Both the position numbers and the translations under genes were made by a program. From Candidatus Hydrogenedentes bacterium UBA6118 (GTDB lineage: Bacteria; Hydrogenedentota; Hydrogenedentia; Hydrogenedentales; SLHB01), in assembly GCA_002422525.1 (NCBI GenBank), contig DIWA01000026.1:264843-328842 (forward strand): DNA of 64,000 nt, given 5' to 3'. How positions within the stretch are numbered: the stretch's first letter is position 1; every line of letters starts with the position of its first letter. The notes beneath the pieces are model-generated. The model did no database searches. It was not told the DNA's origin and worked only from the letters and a program-made list of their open reading frames with translations. Positions 53,665 through 64,000 of the stretch are shown piece by piece.

Positions 53665-56448
53665 ATGATCCGACGCGCAAGTCTGTGGTTGACGCTGGCC
53701 TGCGGCTGCATCGGCGCGGCGCACGCGGGGGAGTTCGTCACAATCGACGAAGAGACGGGGCTGTTCCGCAAGGGCGACGAGCGCTTCTCGCTGCTTTCCG
53801 TCACCTACGTGCAGCCGGCCGGCGAGCGCACCGGGGCGAACGCGGGCGCGATCAATATCTTCGACTTTGATCTAACCCGCATCGCGGACGACTTCCGCCA
53901 TATGCGGCGCTTGGGCGTCGGGGCGATCTACATGCGCATCGGCACGGGCTTCTTCCTCACCCAGGAGGGCGCGTGGCGACGCCTCGACGATCCCTACCAC
54001 GGCGTGCTCGATCCCGACGGCGCGCGCGCAGCCAACGACACGCGACTCGCCGCGGCGGCCGCGCAGGGGATCGGCCCGTTCACCTACAACTATGAGCTGT
54101 TCGACTATCTCCTCGACTGCGCCGAGGACACCGGGATCTACGTGGTCCCGATGATCATGGACAACTGGAGCAGACCGCGGAAGCACGACCTCGGCGAGCG
54201 CCTCTCCGCCGTCACCAACGCGGAGACTTGGCAGAGCCTCATCTCGGATTGGCGACAGATCCTCTCGCGTTACAGCGACCGCACGGCCATCATCGGCTAC
54301 CTCCTCGAAGGCGAGACCTTCACGCTGCGCCCCTGGGACGAGCGCAACTGGCATTTCCTCGCACCGGACGGCCCCGAGCTGAAGGTGCACCCCGCGCAAC
54401 TCGCTCATGACGATCCCGAGCTGCGCACGGACTTCCAGCAGTTCCTGCAAGCCCGCCATGGCGACATCGGCACGTTCAAGGCGCGCCTGAACCACGGCTA
54501 CGACCGTGCGCAGGTCACATACACCGGGCCCGACGCGGCGACGCCCCGCTATCCCTTCGCTCCGGACGCTTTCGCGGAGGCTGCATCCCTCGCCGACGTC
54601 CCCCTGCCGACTGTAGAGCGCGGTCGCGGCGACGACGGCCCCGGCCCGGGCGCCCACTTCCCCTGGTGGCGCAACGTCCCGTTCGACCCCCTCTGGGTCG
54701 AGTTCGCCTACTTCAAGAGCTGGATCTACAACGACCGGCTCAACGAACTGATCGCCGCGCTGCGCGAGGTCTGCCCGAACCACCTCTTCTTCCACAGCGC
54801 CGCGTGGGACGGCGCGCCGGTGTGGCACCCGTTCTACATCCCTTGGGACCACGGCGCGTTGGACTGCGAGGTCGCCCTGCACGGGGGCGGCTACACGCTC
54901 TCGCATACCCTCGCCCAACCGCTCACGTTCGACCCGTACGAAGGCCACATCGAGCTCTATCAGTCCGTCGGGTGCTTCCGTCCATTCCTCCGCGCGCCCG
55001 GCGTTCCCCACATGTTCGGCATGGGCGAGGGCGGCCTCGCCTTCGAAAGCAACGACGACGACGCCACGCCGGTCACGGAGGCCGACGAGGCCGTCTGGAC
55101 GACCGCGCTGCTGGTCGACAACTTCGGCTCAGGCGCGGGCTTCGTCAATCTGTGGGACTGGAGCGTCGTAACCGGGTTGTCGCACGACGATCCGACGCTG
55201 CACGACCATCTCGTGACCGAATCGATGCGGGCGCTGTCCGAGGCGATCGAGGGGCGCACCTTCACGGAGTCCGCGGCGCGCGTCCTGATCCTCGCCAACG
55301 GCCCCATGCTGAACTCGCTAATGAAACAGCTCGCGTACGACAACCTCCGCGTGCTGTCGAGCGCCCTGGCGACCGCCCACTACAGCTTCGACATCGTGAC
55401 CACCGACGAGATCGCATTCGGGGCGGAAACGGGCAAGGTCGACCTTAACGGCTACGACGCGGTCCTCATCCCGGAGCTGTTCACCCTGCCCGACGCGCGC
55501 CTCTCGGGGGCGGCGCCCATCGGGGCCGCGCCTGCCGAAGGTCTGTGGGAGATGCTGACGCGCTGGGCCGACGCCGCGCCCGGCCGCGTGCTCGTGTTCG
55601 GCGCAACAGGCATGCGCGACGCGTGGTTCAACCCGATCGGTACGCTGCCGGAGGCGTTCCAGAGGCTCACCGGCGTCGACGGCGTCGGGCCTTTGGTGCG
55701 GCGCGACGGCGCGGCGACCTGGACCGCCGACGAGGCCGTGCTGCAGACCACACTCAACGGCGTATTCACCCACACCGTGCAGGTCGCGGACGGCGGCGCG
55801 GCGCCTTGGTTGGTCGACGGCGACCAGACACTCGGCGCGCGTCGCATCCTTGCCAATGGGTCGCGGGTCTGCGTCATGGGCTTCCCGCTTGGATTGACCT
55901 GGCCTTCCTACATCGAGGAGTCGGTATCCGGCGGCGGCCTCAACACGGACCTTGACTTGGCCGCGCTCGCGGGGTTCTACGCAGACGTGCTCACGGCCGC
56001 CGGCGTCGCGCCGGACTACGACGCGCCGCCCGACGTCGTGGCCTATCTCTCGGGCGACGCCGAGGTCCTCCTGATGCGCCGGACCATCACCTCCGACGAC
56101 GACGGCCCGCTGTGGGTCGCGCATCCGCGCATCGGCGGACGCCTGTACGCGGACGCGACCACGGAGGTCTCCGGATCGGAAGGCGAGGCGCGGGTCATCG
56201 TAGCCGACGCCGGCGTGGACCGGGCCGCTATCCTGCGCGCGGTCGGCCGCATCGAGCTGCTCGACGAGGGTCCCGTCTCTGCGTCCGTTTCGACGAAGCC
56301 GGACGGCCGCCATCGCATCGAGATCACCGGCGGCGCGGCCGCACGCCTCATCACCCCCTCCGGCGTCGCGCACACCCTGGACCCGCCTTCTGCCGGGGCC
56401 GCCCGCACGCTCACGCTGACCGAAGCCGGCGAACGCATCGCCGACTAG
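53665..56448 (+). CDS. secreted glycoside hydrolase, GH42-like beta-galactosidase family (catalytic TIM barrel + trimerisation-like domain)
   Basis: Signal peptide MIRRASLWLTLACGCIGAAHA. Domain order resembles GH42, with a class-I glutamine-amidotransferase-like middle domain (DIVTTDE...YDAVLIPE). Confidence 0.55.
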   Translation: MIRRASLWLTLACGCIGAAHAGEFVTIDEETGLFRKGDERFSLLSVTYVQPAGERTGANAGAINIFDFDLTRIADDFRHMRRLGVGAIYMRIGTGFFLTQEGAWRRLDDPYHGVLDPDGARAANDTRLAAAAAQGIGPFTYNYELFDYLLDCAEDTGIYVVPMIMDNWSRPRKHDLGERLSAVTNAETWQSLISDWRQILSRYSDRTAIIGYLLEGETFTLRPWDERNWHFLAPDGPELKVHPAQLAHDDPELRTDFQQFLQARHGDIGTFKARLNHGYDRAQVTYTGPDAATPRYPFAPDAFAEAASLADVPLPTVERGRGDDGPGPGAHFPWWRNVPFDPLWVEFAYFKSWIYNDRLNELIAALREVCPNHLFFHSAAWDGAPVWHPFYIPWDHGALDCEVALHGGGYTLSHTLAQPLTFDPYEGHIELYQSVGCFRPFLRAPGVPHMFGMGEGGLAFESNDDDATPVTEADEAVWTTALLVDNFGSGAGFVNLWDWSVVTGLSHDDPTLHDHLVTESMRALSEAIEGRTFTESAARVLILANGPMLNSLMKQLAYDNLRVLSSALATAHYSFDIVTTDEIAFGAETGKVDLNGYDAVLIPELFTLPDARLSGAAPIGAAPAEGLWEMLTRWADAAPGRVLVFGATGMRDAWFNPIGTLPEAFQRLTGVDGVGPLVRRDGAATWTADEAVLQTTLNGVFTHTVQVADGGAAPWLVDGDQTLGARRILANGSRVCVMGFPLGLTWPSYIEESVSGGGLNTDLDLAALAGFYADVLTAAGVAPDYDAPPDVVAYLSGDAEVLLMRRTITSDDDGPLWVAHPRIGGRLYADATTEVSGSEGEARVIVADAGVDRAAILRAVGRIELLDEGPVSASVSTKPDGRHRIEITGGAAARLITPSGVAHTLDPPSAGAARTLTLTEAGERIAD

Positions 56449-56527
56449 ACCTCACGCGGATCAGAACGAGGGGACCCCGCGAGGTCCCCTCGTGATGCAC
56501 CAGAGTCAAACGTCCCGTCGCCCGACG

Positions 56528-59716
<3,189 letters not shown>

Positions 59717-59867
59717 TCAGCCCGTGCGCGACGAAGCCCATCTTACCAGCACCCACCCCTTGCGAGCGAGACCGCGCAACGGGCGTCCGGGCGACTTGCG
59801 GAACCGCGTCCCTATCGCACACTATCCAGAGGAGGCCGCAGCAGTGCGGCGAGACGGAGGGCGTGAC

Positions 59868-60272
59868 ATGGACGAACAGACGACGCCGCCCGACGGATCG
59901 GCGGCGCCCGAGAACTCCCTCGAGACGTTGCGCCACGAGATCGACGCGGAGCTCGCGGCCGCCCGCCAGGAGGCGGAACGACTGCGGGCGATGGCGGACG
60001 AGGCCGCGAAGGAGGAGGCCGCCCTGCACGAGAAGGCCGAGGCGCTGCGAGCATCGACGCAGCCGCCGGCCGAGCCGGAGAAAGCAGCCCCGGATGCGCA
60101 GGCCGCCCCGAAGGGTGAGGAGGAACCGGCGGAGAAGCCGGCCGAACCCGTGGAGCCGCCTGCGGAAACGACGGCGGGAGCGCCTGAAGCGCCTGAAGCG
60201 CCTGAAGCCCCCGCGCCGCGACGCGGCCTGCTCGCCAGGGTGAAGGGGTTCATGCGTCGCAAGCGCCCCTAA
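59868..60272 (+). CDS. small Ala/Glu/Pro-rich low-complexity protein (coiled-coil N-terminus, APEAPEAPEAP repeat, basic C-terminal tail)
   Basis: GGAGGG RBS. Composition is consistent with a real but disordered protein. Confidence 0.45.
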   Translation: MDEQTTPPDGSAAPENSLETLRHEIDAELAAARQEAERLRAMADEAAKEEAALHEKAEALRASTQPPAEPEKAAPDAQAAPKGEEEPAEKPAEPVEPPAETTAGAPEAPEAPEAPAPRRGLLARVKGFMRRKRP

Positions 60273-60338
60273 CGACGACGGGCCTCCGCCGCGAAGGAAG
60301 AGGCCCGCCGATGGCGCCGAAAACGCTCGCCGATCGCG

Positions 60339-60704
60339 TCAGCGCTTCATGCGGTTCACGACGCGGGTCAGCCAGAGATCCAGGTAGTCGCGCCCCAGCT
60401 CCCGCGCCACGTCGATGCCGTGCTCGCGGCCGTACTCGATCGCTGTGCGCAGGGCCATGTCGCGCGCATGCTTGCGTTCGGCATCCGTCAAGCGGCCGTC
60501 TTCGCGTCCCGCCTTGATCCCCTGCACGTAGGCGCGATAGGTCGCCTCGACGCCCGCCTCCAGCGCCTCGACGGCCCGTTCCAGCCGCAGCGCCCGCGCC
60601 CGCACATGCCACTCGCTCGACTTGAACGCTGTCCAGATCGCTCCAAGCACGCCGCCGAGCAGCGTCAGGCCGGTCTCTCCGGTCAACAATGCAGTCAAAT
60701 CCAT
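60339..60704 (-). CDS. small membrane-anchored helical protein (holin/spanin-like?)
   Basis: N-terminal TM LTALLTGETGLTLLGGVLGAIWTAF, then charged helices. Directly downstream of the M15-like peptidase. Confidence 0.45.
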   Translation of the reverse strand: MDLTALLTGETGLTLLGGVLGAIWTAFKSSEWHVRARALRLERAVEALEAGVEATYRAYVQGIKAGREDGRLTDAERKHARDMALRTAIEYGREHGIDVARELGRDYLDLWLTRVVNRMKR

Positions 60705-60733
60705 CGTGTCGTCTCCCTTCGTGGCGCCCCGGC

Positions 60734-61195
60734 TTACCGTGCGCGATCGCGGTTGTCCGCGTGCACGTGGCCGTCGGCGTAGTCGTCCTTCACCCAGTCG
60801 AAATGGCGGCGGCAGACCCGCCCCAGTTCACGTTGCGGGATGCGCCGCCGCCCGTTAGCCGTCATGGCGACGAGGTCCGCGGCGATTCCCCCGTGCCGGC
60901 TCAGGTGTTTGCTGTTGCGGGCGACGGCCCCGCCCTGATCGGTCCAGCCCAGGCATGCGGCGAGGCGCTCGAGATCCCGCTGCGTGCGCACCGCGTCCGT
61001 GATGATCACCCAGACCTCCTCGCCCGCCGCGGCGCACAGGTCGCGCCGGACCCGCTCGAGCGACGCCAACGCACTCGCATGCACCATGGCCAGGCCCTCG
61101 CCGTTCTCGAACTCGCGCAGACGAAAGTGGCTCACCGCCTCGCCATCGATCTCCGCCAGCAGCCTCACATCGTTTCGCCCTGTCAGTCCGCTCAT
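60734..61195 (-). CDS. peptidase M15-family (VanY/L-Ala-D-Glu peptidase-like) zinc hydrolase, possible endolysin
   Basis: SKHLSRHGGIAADL (SxHxxGxAxD) and DGHVHAD motifs. GGGGAGG RBS. The track ORF extends upstream through Arg-rich non-coding-like sequence. Confidence 0.5.
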   Translation of the reverse strand: MSGLTGRNDVRLLAEIDGEAVSHFRLREFENGEGLAMVHASALASLERVRRDLCAAAGEEVWVIITDAVRTQRDLERLAACLGWTDQGGAVARNSKHLSRHGGIAADLVAMTANGRRRIPQRELGRVCRRHFDWVKDDYADGHVHADNRDRAR

Positions 61196-61212
61196 GCCGT
61201 CGTCCTCCCCGT

Positions 61213-61734
61213 TCACACGAACGTGCGCGCGTCGACGATCCACCCGTCGACGCCGTTGTCCGCGTCCAGGATCCGCGTCATGCCCGGACGGCAACGGATA
61301 TGCGCCAGGGCGATGCCGCCTTGCTCCGGTTCGGGCGCAACCGGCGACGCGGCCTCGCCCCCCGTCCGCAGCCGGATATCCCACGCATCCAGCCGGGCCT
61401 CCACGAGATCGATGCGCGGATCCGTCGTCGGCGGGGCGATTTGCGCGCTGCTCCGCGCCTCGTCCATCCGAAACGGCAGCCCGTCGATGAACGCCCACCC
61501 CGCCCCGACGTCCACGGCCAACGACGGCGGCGAAGCGGCGCGCACCCCCAGGTCATCCGTCGTCACGCCGCGCAGCACCCCGTCGCCTCCGCCCCATGCG
61601 CGGCAGACCAGGAAATGCAGCATCTCAAGCGCCGCTTCGATGCGGTCGTCCCACTGGTTGAACTTGGCCGAGGCCACCGGCCGTTCCTGATAGGCCCAGG
61701 TCGTCTTCACATAGGCTCCGCCCCGTATCGGCAC
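61213..61734 (-). CDS. hypothetical protein
   Basis: 173-aa ORF, operonic with its neighbours. No recognisable motifs. Confidence 0.4.
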   Translation of the reverse strand: MPIRGGAYVKTTWAYQERPVASAKFNQWDDRIEAALEMLHFLVCRAWGGGDGVLRGVTTDDLGVRAASPPSLAVDVGAGWAFIDGLPFRMDEARSSAQIAPPTTDPRIDLVEARLDAWDIRLRTGGEAASPVAPEPEQGGIALAHIRCRPGMTRILDADNGVDGWIVDARTFV

Positions 61735-61764
61735 AATTCGCCCCTCCTTTTCGGTTGTGCTGGG

Positions 61765-63516
61765 TCAATCCAGGTGATGCGCGCCGTCCAGCCCAACGGC
61801 GTCGTCGTCCAGCCGGAACTGCCGCACGGTCCGGGCCGACGGCTGGCTTCGCGTCATGAAGGCGATCGGGTCCGCCACGGATCGCAGCGGCGATGTGAGC
61901 CGCACCGTCGTGCTTACTCGACGACCCGCGATGAGGTGCCGCACCTCGTCCACGCGTCCCACGAGCCGATCCGCGTAACGCCCGCCCCACAGCCCGTCGA
62001 CCGGAGGCGCGACCCGACGCAGCTCCGCGCCGCGCACCTCCACGAGGTCCCCCACGCTGATGTCCGTTCGCCCGCGATAGAACGTGATCTCGGCTGAGAT
62101 GCGCGGGTACGCGACGTCGTCGAGCAGCGCCTCGACCAACAGGTCGGCGTCGTCGGCCTGACTCAGGGCCCGATAGACCAGCCCGCGCTCCTGCACGCCC
62201 ACGGCCCGCACGCTCGCCTCGCGCGTGTAGACCGACGCCAGGCGTTCTCCGTCCGGGCCGCCCGCGAACGCGATGCGGTTGGCCGCGGCGACCAGGTCCT
62301 CGCCGAATGTCACGCCGCACACGACCGGGTCGCGCACCACAACATGATCCGGCGCACCCGGTCGGCGCAGACGGATGCCGCCTTCGTCGTCGAGCGACCA
62401 GATCGATCCGCCCGCCATGTACGCGAGCGCCGTCGCGAGTTCGAGCGCACCGCCTTCCGCATCGAACCGCGCGATGGTCTCGGGCCGCGCTTCGATGCTC
62501 TCACGATGCGGTCCGGCGTAGCTGAAGAAGTCCTTCAGGGCCAACGCCGGCGCGAGCCTGCGTCCGTGGCCCGGCAGCGCCACGCCCGCCTGCCCCAGTT
62601 CGATCAGCGCGGCGTTGAAGCACGCGCCGCCGCCGAAGGCCAGGCCGACATACCGTCCGTCCGCGTCGATTCGGTTCGCGAACCCGCCCGTCTGGTCGCG
62701 GTACGAATCCAGTTCGATGTGCGAGACGCCCTTCGTATCGATGAGGGCCTGCAAGGTCTCGCGCGACGCCTCCGCCCGCACGGCGTACCCGCTCGCGGCG
62801 TACCGAGCCGCCGACCAGCCGACCGTGTCCGGATGCCGCGCCGTCGCTTCCCCGTTCAGCGCGACCTCCTCGCAGTCGACCCCGAGCAACCGCAGATCCG
62901 GCCAGGCGCCCCCGTCCACGCGAAGCCCCGCGATCGTCCGGCCGTCGCGCGCATGGGCCGCCGACGCGTCGATGCGGTCCGGCCCGACCCAGCTTCCCGA
63001 ATCGACGCCCCCGACCGGCAGCGCGTCGGCCGCGTTCTGTCGTGCCAGGAACTTGGCCCACTCGCGCTCCGCCCCCTCCGGATACGCCGTGTGGTCCACG
63101 TAAGCGTGCAACCGGTTCGGCGCGGCCTGCACCAGATCCCGCAGCAGACTCGTCGCCTCGCGGTGCCGGAACGCACCCGCAACGACATCGTTCAGCCCGA
63201 GCGCAGGGATCGCCGCATCAAACGCCGTGACCCGATGCATCGACACGTACCGGTCGACCAGCCGCTTCCGCGCATCGCTCCACTGCGGCGCCGTGCCGAC
63301 GACAGGCGCATCGATGATCCGCCGACCCGCCATCGCGACCCGAACGCGGTACCCGGGCGCGAGCTGTTCGACGTCCGGCGGCAGCAACCCCCGCGCGATG
63401 TCGGGGCGATCGGGCGCGGTGCGGATGATCTCGAGCAACGGCACGCGCTCGTAGCGCGCCGCGCACAACCCGTCGGGCCGAAACGCTTCCACGCGATAGG
63501 CGATCTGGTCGACCAT
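61765..63516 (-). CDS. hypothetical protein with an SNase-like segment (phage-structural-like?)
   Basis: Start MVDQIAYRVEAF with a GGGGGGAG RBS. DADGRYVGLAFGGGACFNAALIELGQAGVA resembles the staphylococcal-nuclease C-terminal motif. Confidence 0.45.
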   Translation of the reverse strand: MVDQIAYRVEAFRPDGLCAARYERVPLLEIIRTAPDRPDIARGLLPPDVEQLAPGYRVRVAMAGRRIIDAPVVGTAPQWSDARKRLVDRYVSMHRVTAFDAAIPALGLNDVVAGAFRHREATSLLRDLVQAAPNRLHAYVDHTAYPEGAEREWAKFLARQNAADALPVGGVDSGSWVGPDRIDASAAHARDGRTIAGLRVDGGAWPDLRLLGVDCEEVALNGEATARHPDTVGWSAARYAASGYAVRAEASRETLQALIDTKGVSHIELDSYRDQTGGFANRIDADGRYVGLAFGGGACFNAALIELGQAGVALPGHGRRLAPALALKDFFSYAGPHRESIEARPETIARFDAEGGALELATALAYMAGGSIWSLDDEGGIRLRRPGAPDHVVVRDPVVCGVTFGEDLVAAANRIAFAGGPDGERLASVYTREASVRAVGVQERGLVYRALSQADDADLLVEALLDDVAYPRISAEITFYRGRTDISVGDLVEVRGAELRRVAPPVDGLWGGRYADRLVGRVDEVRHLIAGRRVSTTVRLTSPLRSVADPIAFMTRSQPSARTVRQFRLDDDAVGLDGAHHLD

Positions 63517-63526
63517 GCTCCCCCCT

Positions 63527-64000
63527 TTACCACCACCGATGCCGGTAGGCGATCGTCGCGGCGGCTTCGTGCGGCGTGCTCGGGTCGCCGCGGTAGACCA
63601 ACGTCGTTCCCCCGGGCGACACGAGCGGAAACGCGCCGAACGCATAGGGCGTCACGTCCGCGTCGTCCAACAGCGCCCGCCCTTCCGCGGCATCGAACAG
63701 CAGCAGGCTCCCTGCATGCACGATGCCGTCATAGACGATGCGCCGCTCGTCGTCATCCAGCGCCGGGTAGACGAGATCCGTCACGGCGGTCAGCGTCACG
63801 ATAGGACGCGCCGACGCGTTGCCGTCGGTATCCAGCGCACAGGTCGCGCCGTCCCCGTCGATCGCCCACGTGACCGTGACCGCGTCGGTCGATTCCTCGA
63901 ACGGGTCGCGCGCGCCGAGCTTGAGTTCGAAGGAGCCCGTGCGACCGCTGGCATCGATCTCGCGCGTGTACGCATCCCGACGCACCCGCAGCCGCCGACC
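63527..64000 (-). CDS. hypothetical protein, C-terminal part (start lies beyond the window end)
   Basis: ORF ends ...AYRHRWW*, 10 nt upstream of the next gene's RBS. Confidence 0.4.
   Translation of the reverse strand, partial: GRRLRVRRDAYTREIDASGRTGSFELKLGARDPFEESTDAVTVTWAIDGDGATCALDTDGNASARPIVTLTAVTDLVYPALDDDERRIVYDGIVHAGSLLLFDAAEGRALLDDADVTPYAFGAFPLVSPGGTTLVYRGDPSTPHEAAATIAYRHRWW

Overview
This is a high-GC (~68-70%) bacterial chromosomal segment. The gene content looks Planctomycetota/Verrucomicrobiota-like: a DUF1559 'H-X9-DG' protein fragment, several Gfo/Idh/MocA oxidoreductases (one with a Tat signal), a PEP-CTERM protein and many secreted glycoside hydrolases. Recognisable housekeeping genes are gpmI, asnS, uppP and the tmRNA gene ssrA. 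There is a glycan-catabolic neighbourhood with a GH2 LacZ-like enzyme, a GH42-like enzyme, a GH5-like enzyme with a CBM, and a BNR sialidase. A two-gene ABC-ATPase + DUF4276 (Toprim-like) module, probably a PARIS/AbiL/OLD-type defence pair, sits near the window start. A cell-envelope glycosylation cluster (response regulator, GT2, UppP, PAP2-ArnT-like fusion) lies next to ssrA and is preceded by twin 22-bp perfect palindromes. The last ~3.7 kb looks phage-like (M15 peptidase and a small membrane protein). The most unusual region is about 8.3-18.5 kb. It holds a same-strand tandem array of seven paralogous secreted proteins belonging to two sub-families. Each has a signal peptide, an 'SPK(T/Q)T...EPL' beta-sandwich domain and a helical tail ending in an FPDS/YPDS motif. 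A 644-aa secreted protein with a snapalysin-like HEVGHFFGLADH zinc motif is embedded in the array. The array is driven by two copies of a near-consensus sigma70-type promoter (TTGACA-17-TAGAGT), which stands out against the GC-rich background. It also shows mosaic recombination junctions, a relic 5' gene end, and one copy split by an IS3-family element with a 3-bp target-site duplication. No rRNA, tRNA or CRISPR array was seen. Many long antisense ORFs in the track are GC-skew artefacts and were rejected. Coordinates derived from reading motifs in the sequence, rather than from the ORF track, may be off by 1-2 nt.
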